From the IMG/VR virus record IMGVR_UViG_3300025405_000013, positions 6,339 to 70,338 of that record: DNA of 64,000 nucleotides, one strand, 5' to 3'. Of this stretch, positions 1 to 9,029 are shown piece after piece; within the stretch, counting starts at the first letter, position 1, and the number at the start of each line of letters is the position of its first letter. Both the position numbers and the translations under genes were made by a program. The notes under the pieces are model-generated. The model was not told the DNA's origin. It saw nothing but the letters and a program-made list of their open reading frames with translations, and did no database searches. This DNA comes from a virus.

Positions 1-4
1 CATC

Positions 5-316
5 ATGACCTCGATGTTCGATTACAACGATGAAGTAAATCTCGTTTTTGATGCCAAGATTGCCGGTAAGAATCTGGTTACCGCCAAGCATGAAGTTCTT
101 ACCAAGACCGGAGAGTTTCTCTTCTTGGCCCACTCTGATCGTGAGTTTGCCTACCGTTGCCAGATGGTAGAAGAAGACATCGAAAATGTTGCCCGTAGAA
201 AGATGTCCACTGTTAGTGATAGTAAGGCCAAGCTAGTTCGTGCTCTACACGAAGAGTGGAAGCTACGTCACGCTTCCTGCCTAGATTGCAAGACTGATAC
301 AAATTTTACCGTATAG
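5..316 (+). CDS. Hypothetical protein; probable N-terminal half of a -1 frameshift fusion with the downstream Cys-rich ORF
   Basis: 103-aa ORF ending ACA AAT TTT ACC GTA TAG. At the window edge, so the true start cannot be confirmed. Confidence 0.7.
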   Translation: MTSMFDYNDEVNLVFDAKIAGKNLVTAKHEVLTKTGEFLFLAHSDREFAYRCQMVEEDIENVARRKMSTVSDSKAKLVRALHEEWKLRHASCLDCKTDTNFTV

Positions 317-2520
317 GCAACCCTGTTAAAGTAGCAGGAGCCTCTACTTGTCAAGAATGCTGGGAGGATGCACTTCCGGACAGTGACTACTGTCAAAAGC
401 ACACTCTCAATATTAGGCCTGAAAGTGCTCCCTATGTACACCATCAAGGGACCCCTGTAAATACCAGGCCCGGTATCTATACTGACCTTAATGACTTCAA
501 TAGAGTTTGGTATCACAATCAAAACTCTAGTCCTGAAGAGCAAGAAAACCAAGGCTTAAGAGTTGCTGGTCCTGAAGAGGCTGACGCTCTAGTTAAGCAT
601 GTTACTAAGGGTCAGTTTAAGACTGCCAAAGACTATCTTAACACTGGAGATGACGTCGATCACAAGTTCCGAGTGCTTAATGACGGTAGTGGTCTAGAGA
701 GTGGTTACAGAAGTCTTAAGAATCACTTGCAGCTATGGCAGAGTGGTGGAGTAACCAGTGATCGAGTCAATAGGCCGGAAGACAGACGTCAATACCCTGG
801 TGGTACAAAGCAAGTACAATTTACTCAATCTACCGACTATGATGATCAAGGTAATCCGGTTGTAGGCCCCGCTCATGTAACTCCTGATGACAGAAATAGA
901 ATGCCTGGTCCTTACGAACCTAATGGTATTAAGTGCATTTTCTGTGGACGGGGTAGAAATCGTCGAGAGAATTCCACCTGGCCTTCTGTGATTCCTGCTC
1001 CTGGTGGTTCTAGTACCGATGGCATCTGTAATCCATTTATTAATGGTGCTAATACTTGTAGGCCTCTAAGAGACAAGTCTGAGCGTAGTATTGTACTTCC
1101 CCCGGGGAGAACATTTAGAGAGAGTTCAACTCCGGCATTGAGTCCCGAAGACTTTGGTACTGGAGCATTTGACTCTATTGCACAACGTGATGAAGTATTG
1201 AGTGGTCGACACTTTAAGAAGTCCCAGGGTAAAAAGAAGGCCAGTCGCTTGGTCTTGGCTACCCAGGAAGAGCTTGCTGAAGAGCTTAGGCCCCAGCCCT
1301 ACCGTTCAGAACTGAACCCTAGTTCTAACCTTTATGACTACAATGATCTAGATGTTACCCATCGGGATACAAGACTTCCAGGTATTAATTTCCATGGTGA
1401 AGATGCAGAATCACTGGCCAACTTGGGTATTACTCAAGAGCCAGAAGGATCCAATGCTGGACCCACTCAACCGTGTCCAGTTTGTGAAGGAGCTTCCGAA
1501 TTCCATGGACGAGAAGTAGGGCACTGCTCTTCTTGTAGACATGACCGACCGGGAGTTGGAGCATGTAAGGAAGGTTCTACCCCCGGACACTGCTACGCTT
1601 GCATAGACCCTGATAGCTGCACTGGAAAAAAGACTTATACCTACCATAGCCCATTAGGAAATGAAGGTTGTCCGGCCTGTAAAAACCGTGGGTGGATTCC
1701 CACTGATGCTGCAAAGTGTGAAGCCTGTGGTGGTAGTGGAGAAAACCTTCACCTATGTCCCAATTGTGATGGAAATGGCTGCAACAAGTGTGACAATAAA
1801 GGCTCCTGCCCGACCTGTAACGGTATTGGGCAACTACCGGGGAGTGGGGAATCCTGCCCGACCTGTACTATTCCGGGTCATGAGCATGTTTGCCCGACTT
1901 GTGAAGGTAATAAGCTTAGTAGAAGTATTCTAGAGAGTCACACGGGAGTTACTAGAGCTCCAGCTCAGTCTATGGGTGAAGAGTCCCCCGAACCTGATGA
2001 GCATGACGAAGGCTTTGGCGAAGACGAAGAGTTTATCCCTGGAAATAGTAACGAATACACTAACGAAGAGATTGAGAACGAGCTAGACCCTGAGGAACAA
2101 GAGGAATATCACCGTAAGAGAGAAGAAGCCGATAGAGCGGCTCAACAAGAGCGTAGACGTCAAGAGAATGAATCACGTATTCGATTTGAAGAGCATAATA
2201 CAGCAGAGACGAGAGCGGGTTGGGGACAAAATGGTGCTATCCCCCTTGCTGACCCCGAAGTGTTAGATCGTTTGCAGAACTCCGTTGAAAAAGAAGAGGA
2301 TGAAGACAACTCGGGAATTACTGGAACTGTTGAAACTCCTCGCAGAGAGGTGAAAGGTTGTAAGACTTGCAACTTTACCGGTAGACATCCAGAAGCTGAT
2401 AGTATTGAGAGAAGCCCTGAATTTAAAGATACAGTAGCTCACTTCCTATCAAAGGGTGACTTCCAGAGAATGAATGAATATACAACTCACATGCTATCTT
2501 GCCCGAACTGTTCTAGATAA
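298..2520 (+). CDS. Large Cys-rich protein with DnaJ-type CxxCxGxG zinc-finger repeats; frame open from 298, not only from GTG 673
   Basis: Frame 1 has no stop from TGA 295-297 to 2518. The extra 125 codons read KFYRIGNPVKVAGASTCQEC...YCQKH. Repeats include CEACGGSG, CPNCDGNG, CPTCNGIG, CKTCNFTG. Confidence 0.75.
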   Translation, partial: YKFYRIGNPVKVAGASTCQECWEDALPDSDYCQKHTLNIRPESAPYVHHQGTPVNTRPGIYTDLNDFNRVWYHNQNSSPEEQENQGLRVAGPEEADALVKHVTKGQFKTAKDYLNTGDDVDHKFRVLNDGSGLESGYRSLKNHLQLWQSGGVTSDRVNRPEDRRQYPGGTKQVQFTQSTDYDDQGNPVVGPAHVTPDDRNRMPGPYEPNGIKCIFCGRGRNRRENSTWPSVIPAPGGSSTDGICNPFINGANTCRPLRDKSERSIVLPPGRTFRESSTPALSPEDFGTGAFDSIAQRDEVLSGRHFKKSQGKKKASRLVLATQEELAEELRPQPYRSELNPSSNLYDYNDLDVTHRDTRLPGINFHGEDAESLANLGITQEPEGSNAGPTQPCPVCEGASEFHGREVGHCSSCRHDRPGVGACKEGSTPGHCYACIDPDSCTGKKTYTYHSPLGNEGCPACKNRGWIPTDAAKCEACGGSGENLHLCPNCDGNGCNKCDNKGSCPTCNGIGQLPGSGESCPTCTIPGHEHVCPTCEGNKLSRSILESHTGVTRAPAQSMGEESPEPDEHDEGFGEDEEFIPGNSNEYTNEEIENELDPEEQEEYHRKREEADRAAQQERRRQENESRIRFEEHNTAETRAGWGQNGAIPLADPEVLDRLQNSVEKEEDEDNSGITGTVETPRREVKGCKTCNFTGRHPEADSIERSPEFKDTVAHFLSKGDFQRMNEYTTHMLSCPNCSR
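301..347 (+). other. Candidate -1 programmed frameshift signal (A AAT TTT plus 3' hairpin)
   Basis: X XXY YYZ heptamer at 301-307 in phase with ORF 5..316. AGGC 315-318 pairs with GCCT 340-343, and CCTGTT 322-327 pairs with AGCAGG 333-338. Spacer is 7 nt. Confidence 0.6.
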
Positions 2521-2528
2521 GAGAAATT

Positions 2529-3122
2529 ATGAGTAGAGTTATTACAGCTGCATGGTTTGCATCAGACAATAGATTTTGCCCCTTAGCAGAGGAACACCAA
2601 AAATGTGGTGTTTGTGGACTTCCTCCACAAATGCATGAAGTCCCGGGAGCAGATATTAATGGACAAAGAATTTCATTTAACCCTCAAGGGCATACTTTTG
2701 CTCCTCCATATAGAGCCCCTGAGGCCGAACGAGTAACTCATAACCCAGATCAACCGTGTGTAGTCGAAAAGATTGTAACTCAACATCCAACTCTAGCTCG
2801 ACTATGGGGCCTAGAGGGTTCCAAATGTAGCTATGGACAGTTACCGGGCAAGGAGTTTAACTCCACACAGCAATTTAGTCATGCTTTTGTTCACAGAGAT
2901 ACAGTTACTCCTTGCTGTACTGCTCATCGCGATCTACTAGAGCGAGAGTTTGGAATGAATTTGGGCAATCTCGGATTGGCTGACATCATCCACTCACTTG
3001 CCTCAGATGCTAGCCCCCATGAAACTCGTACACAAGTTACTATTAATAGAGCAAGAGAGGGTATGCTAACCGCTCAAGAGAAGAAGTGGCTAAATGCCCA
3101 GGGCCAAAGAGGACCACAATGA
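2529..3122 (+). CDS. Hypothetical Cys/His-containing protein
   Basis: 197-aa ORF with GAGA RBS and CGVCGLPPQMH motif; stop overlaps next ATG (ATGA). Confidence 0.75.
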   Translation: MSRVITAAWFASDNRFCPLAEEHQKCGVCGLPPQMHEVPGADINGQRISFNPQGHTFAPPYRAPEAERVTHNPDQPCVVEKIVTQHPTLARLWGLEGSKCSYGQLPGKEFNSTQQFSHAFVHRDTVTPCCTAHRDLLEREFGMNLGNLGLADIIHSLASDASPHETRTQVTINRAREGMLTAQEKKWLNAQGQRGPQ

Positions 3123-6100
3123 AATTTCGTTTTGTTAAGAGTTCAAACACAGAAGACACCTGCCAGGCTTGTGGACTTACCGAGGCCCAACACCCGGAAA
3201 CCCACCTTATCAATCCTGATGTTGGTCCTCACGCATTTATTACCACCCAGCACAGTCATGAACTAAAAAAGAATTGCTGGTTACATGACGAAGCAGGCTT
3301 TGGTGATGCTTTTGGACGTAGTGCCCTTGGAGAAGAGTTTCCAGACCGCATTAATGTCATTAGCCCTTCACGTGGCAATAGGTGGTTTAAGTCACAGACG
3401 GTAGAAACTGAGGCTCGTCCTGACAAGAAGGTAAAGGAACTATGTAAGATTCACGGTCGTGAGTGCAGAGGGAAGATTAACCCTGACGCTCGTGAATTTA
3501 AGCTACCTGACCCAGAATGTGCACCTGGTGCTCCTGTTATGAAGAAGAATGATGATGGTTCACTAGAGCAAGTGGCAGTTGGTATGGGTGATGGCCGTGT
3601 TAAGCCACTTCCTGGCCAATTTCGCACTTGTTCAACTTGCGGTGGTAGTGGAACACGTACTATTAATGACAAGAGTGGTACCAGAGAAGGACCCTGCTTA
3701 AGTTGTAAGGGTAGTAAGGTACAAGACACAGACGTAGACGGTTACTACCCTTGTGAAAACTGTGTACACTCTGACGATGAAGGAGTCCGAGTTTCTACCG
3801 GAGAGCTATTCTCCACCCCTGACAACACTCACAAGCCTTGTGGTGGTAGAGGTTGGCGTGAAAGACTAAGTATCGGTCGTGGAACCAGGTACAAGAAGAA
3901 TACCACGGGTTTTGGTACACCTGTGTTTTCTATTAGCTGCCCCCACCATGATGTTATTTATAAGTCACTGCCTAACCCCGACTGCCCGGTCTGTAAGGGT
4001 ACGGGTGAGCATCAGGGTAAAGAATGTCTTTGCCGAGCCACTCACACTGGGCTTGGTGCAAACGGTAGTGCTCTCCCCGAAGGCCTAAGAGGACATATTC
4101 CACTAGCATGGATGGCTCGTTTTGCTGGTTCTCCCACTCGTTTTGTTGATACTAGTCTGTCGCCTAATGCTACTCATGCAGAAGGTATTGGCGCTGATCT
4201 TAATGACCCTGCAACTCGTAGGTTCCTTACACCTATTCAACGACTTAAGGATATGAATAAGTGGCCTCGCACTGACCGAGCACTCCCCGTCAAGTACGTT
4301 AAAGATCCAACGTCTGGCTCTCTACCAGGCAACCCCAGTGCTAGACCAGAAGTGGGACCATTATTCCCCGGTAGGTCAGTTAAGGTCGGCTACCTAACCC
4401 CAGGATTTGATTGGCAACACCCGGATGTACAGGGAGCTATGTCCGGAGCTAGTAGTAATCAAAAGCCCGGTCGTTGGACTCTAGGCCATTCTCTTACCAG
4501 TCTAAGGCGTTTGATCAATAGTCGAGGTTCTCTCCCCCTAGAAGTGCCAGGACCCAATCCTTATGGAGAAGATGGCACTCGCACTAAGATTAGTAGAACA
4601 CTGCGTAGAGTCTTTAACCGACGATTTGCTATGCAACCGCCTACTGATGAAGAAGACCCATTTGCAACTCCAAGCCCATATGGCACTTCAACTCAATCAG
4701 TCGGTGATAAAAAAATTATAAAGCCCCTCGGTGAAGAAGTCACTGAAGTTAATGGACCCATTAGAACACTTAAGCCGGATACTCCTGAATACCAGGACCG
4801 TTTGGACTCTATTAACGAGCGTGAACGTGCAATGAGACTTATGGGAGTTCCTCCTACTCGACAAAAGAGTGATGTTGACCGTCAAAATGCTGTAGATACA
4901 GTTGGAGACTTTCGTAAGTTAGTAGATGATAGAACTAATGAGGTTAAGCATCAAAGCCCATGTGAATGTGTTCAAACTCAAAGCTGTCACTGCACTAAGG
5001 GTGGCACTCTAAGTCCCAGACGAGGATGTGGTTCTTGTGTAGGCACCGGAAATAAGCTTGTAAGTAACCCACAGAGTGACTGTGCACTATGTCATGGACT
5101 TGGCTATACTCCAGAAGCCGGTAATAGCTACCTAGGTGGAGATGCTATAACCACTAGAAATACTCAGCGTAATATCCACGAAGAAGTATGTCAGCCTGGT
5201 GGATTTACCGACAGTATGCATCCACTTCCGGGTTGTGTTGACCAATGCCCCAAGAAAAAGTGGTGGGACCAGGCTCGTAAGGCTCTTATGGGTCGTGGTG
5301 AAAACCAGCAAGATGTACCGGGTCTAAGCAAGCCTCGTGGTCGTGATAGAGGCCGTAGAATCCTACGATCTTTTACCCACCCCAAGAGTTGGCAAACTGG
5401 CCCTGAACGAGTTGACGGGTCATTTAGGCCACTTCCTGAAGCACTAGAGATGCACTCTAATCATGACTCTAGTGATGGTCACATGTGTACTCCTGGACAC
5501 TTTGGCCGTATATTTAGTGAGGGTAATCCCCACCCGTATATTTCTACGGGTAATAGCACTCTGGGTATGGTTCTAGGTAATGACGCTTGTGAACACTGTC
5601 AAGGTCAAGAGGGCGGTTGTGAACACTGTCACTACACTGGTGATAGTCAGTCCGGTATGATTCGTGTTCTTCAAGCCTACATCCCGTCACGTGATCGTGA
5701 AGACCCGACACGAACTGATCAACTTGATCCATTCTCTCGTGCAATAACTGATACGAGTTTTGGTGGGCCTAGAAGACAACCCAATCCCGATACTGTCCGT
5801 CCGAGTGATAACTGGCACTACAACATTGTTAGTATGCACCACAGCCACTTTGCACACATTAATAATGCCATCCTTCCTAGTCTCCTAAACTTTGGAGAGC
5901 GTAAGGTTGTAGACCGTGCCGGTAACTTCGAAGGAAGTCACTTTGGTAAGGATTACGACCCCAACAAGGAAGTTAGCGGTCGTGAGCACATGATCGCCGA
6001 TAATCCGTTTGCTGAACACCATCTTCGTGAACTAGCAGTTACTGGTGGGCAAAATGGTGATGATGAAATTAAGTCTTCGGTTACTAGACTTCTAAATCAG

Positions 6101-6394
6101 GCCGATGAAGCCAGTAGAGGGACTGCCCCTACTGTAGCCCCTAGAACTCCTAGAAGGCCCAAGAAGGACAAGACAGTTAAGACGGTTAAGTCGGACATGT
6201 CTCCAGATGATGTAGTAGGCCACATTGAAGGCCACTTGGGCCGAGGCCTAGAACCACATGAGCAGTTTGAAGTGGCTTCTAGACTCTTCCAAGGCCATAA
6301 GCCTCAGCACATTATCAATGACTTTAAGAGTCGTAATGCACAGAGTCCAACTACTGGAACTACTGCCAAGAGAAAGTTTAACAGCCGCGTATGA
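3119..6394 (+). CDS. Large Cys-rich protein with CxxCxGxG zinc-finger repeats (start more likely ATG 3119)
   Basis: CSTCGGSG, CLSCKGS, CPVCKGTG, CGSCVGTG, CALCHGLG, CEHCHYTG. AGAGGA RBS and ATGA overlap at 3119. Confidence 0.8.
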   Translation: MKFRFVKSSNTEDTCQACGLTEAQHPETHLINPDVGPHAFITTQHSHELKKNCWLHDEAGFGDAFGRSALGEEFPDRINVISPSRGNRWFKSQTVETEARPDKKVKELCKIHGRECRGKINPDAREFKLPDPECAPGAPVMKKNDDGSLEQVAVGMGDGRVKPLPGQFRTCSTCGGSGTRTINDKSGTREGPCLSCKGSKVQDTDVDGYYPCENCVHSDDEGVRVSTGELFSTPDNTHKPCGGRGWRERLSIGRGTRYKKNTTGFGTPVFSISCPHHDVIYKSLPNPDCPVCKGTGEHQGKECLCRATHTGLGANGSALPEGLRGHIPLAWMARFAGSPTRFVDTSLSPNATHAEGIGADLNDPATRRFLTPIQRLKDMNKWPRTDRALPVKYVKDPTSGSLPGNPSARPEVGPLFPGRSVKVGYLTPGFDWQHPDVQGAMSGASSNQKPGRWTLGHSLTSLRRLINSRGSLPLEVPGPNPYGEDGTRTKISRTLRRVFNRRFAMQPPTDEEDPFATPSPYGTSTQSVGDKKIIKPLGEEVTEVNGPIRTLKPDTPEYQDRLDSINERERAMRLMGVPPTRQKSDVDRQNAVDTVGDFRKLVDDRTNEVKHQSPCECVQTQSCHCTKGGTLSPRRGCGSCVGTGNKLVSNPQSDCALCHGLGYTPEAGNSYLGGDAITTRNTQRNIHEEVCQPGGFTDSMHPLPGCVDQCPKKKWWDQARKALMGRGENQQDVPGLSKPRGRDRGRRILRSFTHPKSWQTGPERVDGSFRPLPEALEMHSNHDSSDGHMCTPGHFGRIFSEGNPHPYISTGNSTLGMVLGNDACEHCQGQEGGCEHCHYTGDSQSGMIRVLQAYIPSRDREDPTRTDQLDPFSRAITDTSFGGPRRQPNPDTVRPSDNWHYNIVSMHHSHFAHINNAILPSLLNFGERKVVDRAGNFEGSHFGKDYDPNKEVSGREHMIADNPFAEHHLRELAVTGGQNGDDEIKSSVTRLLNQADEASRGTAPTVAPRTPRRPKKDKTVKTVKSDMSPDDVVGHIEGHLGRGLEPHEQFEVASRLFQGHKPQHIINDFKSRNAQSPTTGTTAKRKFNSRV

Positions 6395-6801
6395 ATAGAC
6401 ACCTAAGTTACACCGAACCTGGAATGCTCCCCGAAGAGAAGCGTAATGATAAACCGTGTAGATTTTGTGATCTAACTTCACACGAAGAAGGTAGAGGACC
6501 AATCGTACAAACCAGTACGGCTCCAGATGGAACCGCTCTTTATGCACATGAAGAATGTGAACCCGATGATTTTGCCTTTACTCAAAACTTTAAGTTTCCG
6601 GGTAGGCCAGTAGAGCCTCCGTTCTTGACCAGTCTACAAGATGTTATTGACACTGATGAAATGCATTATGCTAGTGCAGACATAGAAACTAGTGTACCCA
6701 CTAGTGACGGTATCCAGCCCATGCAAACGACCCAGGTCCCAATGGTAGTCCCCGGCAATCCAATGACTCAACTAGACAATATGCCACACGGTGAAGACTA
6801 A
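6391..6801 (+). CDS. Hypothetical protein with CxxC...HxxC motif
   Basis: 136-aa ORF coupled to the previous gene by ATGA. Confidence 0.7.
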   Translation: MNRHLSYTEPGMLPEEKRNDKPCRFCDLTSHEEGRGPIVQTSTAPDGTALYAHEECEPDDFAFTQNFKFPGRPVEPPFLTSLQDVIDTDEMHYASADIETSVPTSDGIQPMQTTQVPMVVPGNPMTQLDNMPHGED

Positions 6802-6805
6802 TAAA

Positions 6806-6828
6806 TGTAATTTACGGTAGTAATTAAC
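6806..6828 (+). promoter_or_regulatory. Putative phage late promoter TGTAA-N13-TTAAC
   Basis: Same bipartite motif and spacing at 29370, 33720 and 47725. Confidence 0.55.
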
Positions 6829-6872
6829 TTAGGATATAGATCTCAATCTATCCGGAAGAGAGAAAGACCAAC

Positions 6873-7418
6873 ATGGAACCACGTTTGAATATCAAGATCG
6901 CCGATTTATGGCAAGAAATGGGTGACAATGCACCCAACCCTGTTGACGTAGACTTCGAAAACCCGAAACAACAACCCCAATGGGAAGGCGACTACATTAG
7001 TGTAGTAGATGACGCCGATCGTAACTGGGCTGACAAACAAAGTCTCCGTGATGACTGGGCTCAAGAAATTGACCGAGACAACTCCATTAAGCAAAACACT
7101 GATGCTGCCACCGCCACCAATAACCCGGGTTCACAGGGTCCTTGGAACATGGCTAATGATGTCAAGCAAGGCAGCAAGATCAATAAGCAGGCTAGTGGTT
7201 TTAGAAACCAGCAGGCTCGTGAGAACTTTACCTTTGGTGTAATTGCTAATGTTAACAGCGGCACTCTAGTTAACGGTAGAGTCTATGCTGAGACACCTAC
7301 TACCAAGATTGCCGGTACAGTTATCGCTGTTGGTGATCAAGAGTTTGCTGTTATCTGGGATGACAAGACTGCCAGTGTAGAGCGTAAGAGTGACTACGAG
7401 TTGGTAGTTAAGAACTAA
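6873..7418 (+). CDS. Hypothetical protein, possibly head-internal; small beta-rich (SH3-like) C-terminus
   Basis: 181-aa ORF ending IAGTVIAVGDQEFAVIWDDKTASVERKSDYELV. Confidence 0.7.
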   Translation: MEPRLNIKIADLWQEMGDNAPNPVDVDFENPKQQPQWEGDYISVVDDADRNWADKQSLRDDWAQEIDRDNSIKQNTDAATATNNPGSQGPWNMANDVKQGSKINKQASGFRNQQARENFTFGVIANVNSGTLVNGRVYAETPTTKIAGTVIAVGDQEFAVIWDDKTASVERKSDYELVVKN

Positions 7419-7423
7419 CCATA

Positions 7424-8029
7424 ATGTTTAAGACTAGAAGAACTGAGATCGTTTCTATCCCCGTAGAAGAGATCCTTGAGGTTAAAGAACCGATTGTAGA
7501 AACTCCCAAAGTACAGTCGGTTAGTAACATAGAATTTCTAACAGTAGATGCTACTGCAAATGAAATTTCTAGTGGTAAGCTTATCGACTATGATAAGAAC
7601 ATTTACCGCTATGACTGGGACCACAAGTCCAAGCGTATTATGAGACTAACCGGTACTGAAGTGAACAAACTCACTTGGGATCTAGCCAATCGAGTTCTAG
7701 AGAAGTACTTTATTAAACCAGAGCCGGTTAAGCCCGTAGAGAGTGTATCTAGTCAAATAGAACGCAATCTAAGGCCGGTACAAGAGATGGTGCGGGGTGT
7801 AGAAGGTAAACTAGATAAGTTACTCCTTCGTCCGGTTACTCCCACTGTCTCAACCCCTCGACCAGCTCCAAGCTATCCAGCGCCAACTACAGTACAGTCT
7901 AGTCAATCTGCAGTTAATATGGATACTCCGGCCATTTCAGTTGGAGATGACCAAATAGCAGCAAATGCTATGAAATTTTTACAAGAATCCCAGGGACAAG
8001 ATCTCGGTATTGACTACTTGAGTCTATAG
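7424..8029 (+). CDS. Hypothetical protein
   Basis: 201-aa ORF in tight operon packing. Confidence 0.7.
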   Translation: MFKTRRTEIVSIPVEEILEVKEPIVETPKVQSVSNIEFLTVDATANEISSGKLIDYDKNIYRYDWDHKSKRIMRLTGTEVNKLTWDLANRVLEKYFIKPEPVKPVESVSSQIERNLRPVQEMVRGVEGKLDKLLLRPVTPTVSTPRPAPSYPAPTTVQSSQSAVNMDTPAISVGDDQIAANAMKFLQESQGQDLGIDYLSL

Positions 8030-8037
8030 GAGCAGAC

Positions 8038-8796
8038 ATGAATATTGCAGAAGGTAACGGCCCTAAGCAAGTTAAAAGAACGTGGCCTACAGGCCAGTTT
8101 GTTAGTATTTACGGCAATGGTAGTCAAGCCAATGTTAATCCAGCTGCTGTACCCTACCCCGCTGCTTTTAGTGGTGGCCAAGTAGGAGCTATTAGTGGTA
8201 GTAGTAGTACCATTAACTACACGAGCCCTGGAGCTATGAACCCTGGCCTTAATCTTAATGTTAATGGTAATGCTGCTCTTGATGTAAGTTTTATTTGTGC
8301 TCCAGATGCAGCTGTAACACTTCAAGATATTCAATCAATTACTGTCGCTCTCAATGCAGAAAGTGGTTGGAGTGGTACTTCTGCTGTAGCACTACAGGGC
8401 ACTTATGACCGCTATACTCCTAATGCCTACTATACTTCAATCTCCGGACTCTACAACTCCACTAACTGGACAACGATTGTAACCGGTTCAGTTACTACTG
8501 CTAATAGTACTGTACTTCTTAAGGTTCCGGTTGCAAGTGGCGTCTTCTATAATGCCTATAGAATTATCGCTTCTGGTGGCACCGGTATTATCGACTGGAC
8601 AATTCCGGGTATGTTCCTTGACCTTAGTGCTAAGCAGGTTGGCCAGGAAGCCATCTGGGCTAATGGCAATATTGGCCAGGCCAATATCCAAGACAACGAC
8701 GTTCTTATGATCTCTGGTGGAGCTGTAGCAGGCTATACTGAAAATGTTCCTCCACTAAGTAATATCCAGGCCAACACCAACTACATCGGCCGTTAA
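8038..8796 (+). CDS. Putative virion surface protein (low charge, SG-rich)
   Basis: GGAG RBS; beta-rich Ser/Thr/Asn/Gly composition like the tail proteins. Confidence 0.65.
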   Translation: MNIAEGNGPKQVKRTWPTGQFVSIYGNGSQANVNPAAVPYPAAFSGGQVGAISGSSSTINYTSPGAMNPGLNLNVNGNAALDVSFICAPDAAVTLQDIQSITVALNAESGWSGTSAVALQGTYDRYTPNAYYTSISGLYNSTNWTTIVTGSVTTANSTVLLKVPVASGVFYNAYRIIASGGTGIIDWTIPGMFLDLSAKQVGQEAIWANGNIGQANIQDNDVLMISGGAVAGYTENVPPLSNIQANTNYIGR

Positions 8797-8824
8797 AAAA
8801 TTAATATACTATACTGGAGACATC

Positions 8825-9016
8825 ATGGAGAGAGAACAAAGAATTCACAAGACAGCTTCACGTACTGTAGTAAGCACTAACTGGACTCTGGGTGGTGACA
8901 AGATCCTACTAGTAGAGGGCGGTGGTGGTATTATTCGTCACTCTGGCGGTGCTGGATTTTACGGATGTGGTTGTGAACGAATTGCCGGAATTGATTCTTG
9001 TAGTTGCGGCTTCTAG
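8825..9016 (+). CDS. Small Cys-containing hypothetical protein
   Basis: GGAG RBS; 63 aa with CGC...CSCG. Confidence 0.6.
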   Translation: MEREQRIHKTASRTVVSTNWTLGGDKILLVEGGGGIIRHSGGAGFYGCGCERIAGIDSCSCGF

Positions 9017-9029
9017 ATAGGAATAGTTA

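Noticed and set aside
673-675. GTG 673 as the start of the Cys-rich ORF
   Set aside because: No RBS, and the frame is open and protein-like for 125 codons upstream.
298-6394. Calling the Cys-rich ORFs DnaJ chaperones
   Set aside because: Only the CxxCxGxG repeats match; no N-terminal J-domain or DnaJ C-terminal domain is recognisable.
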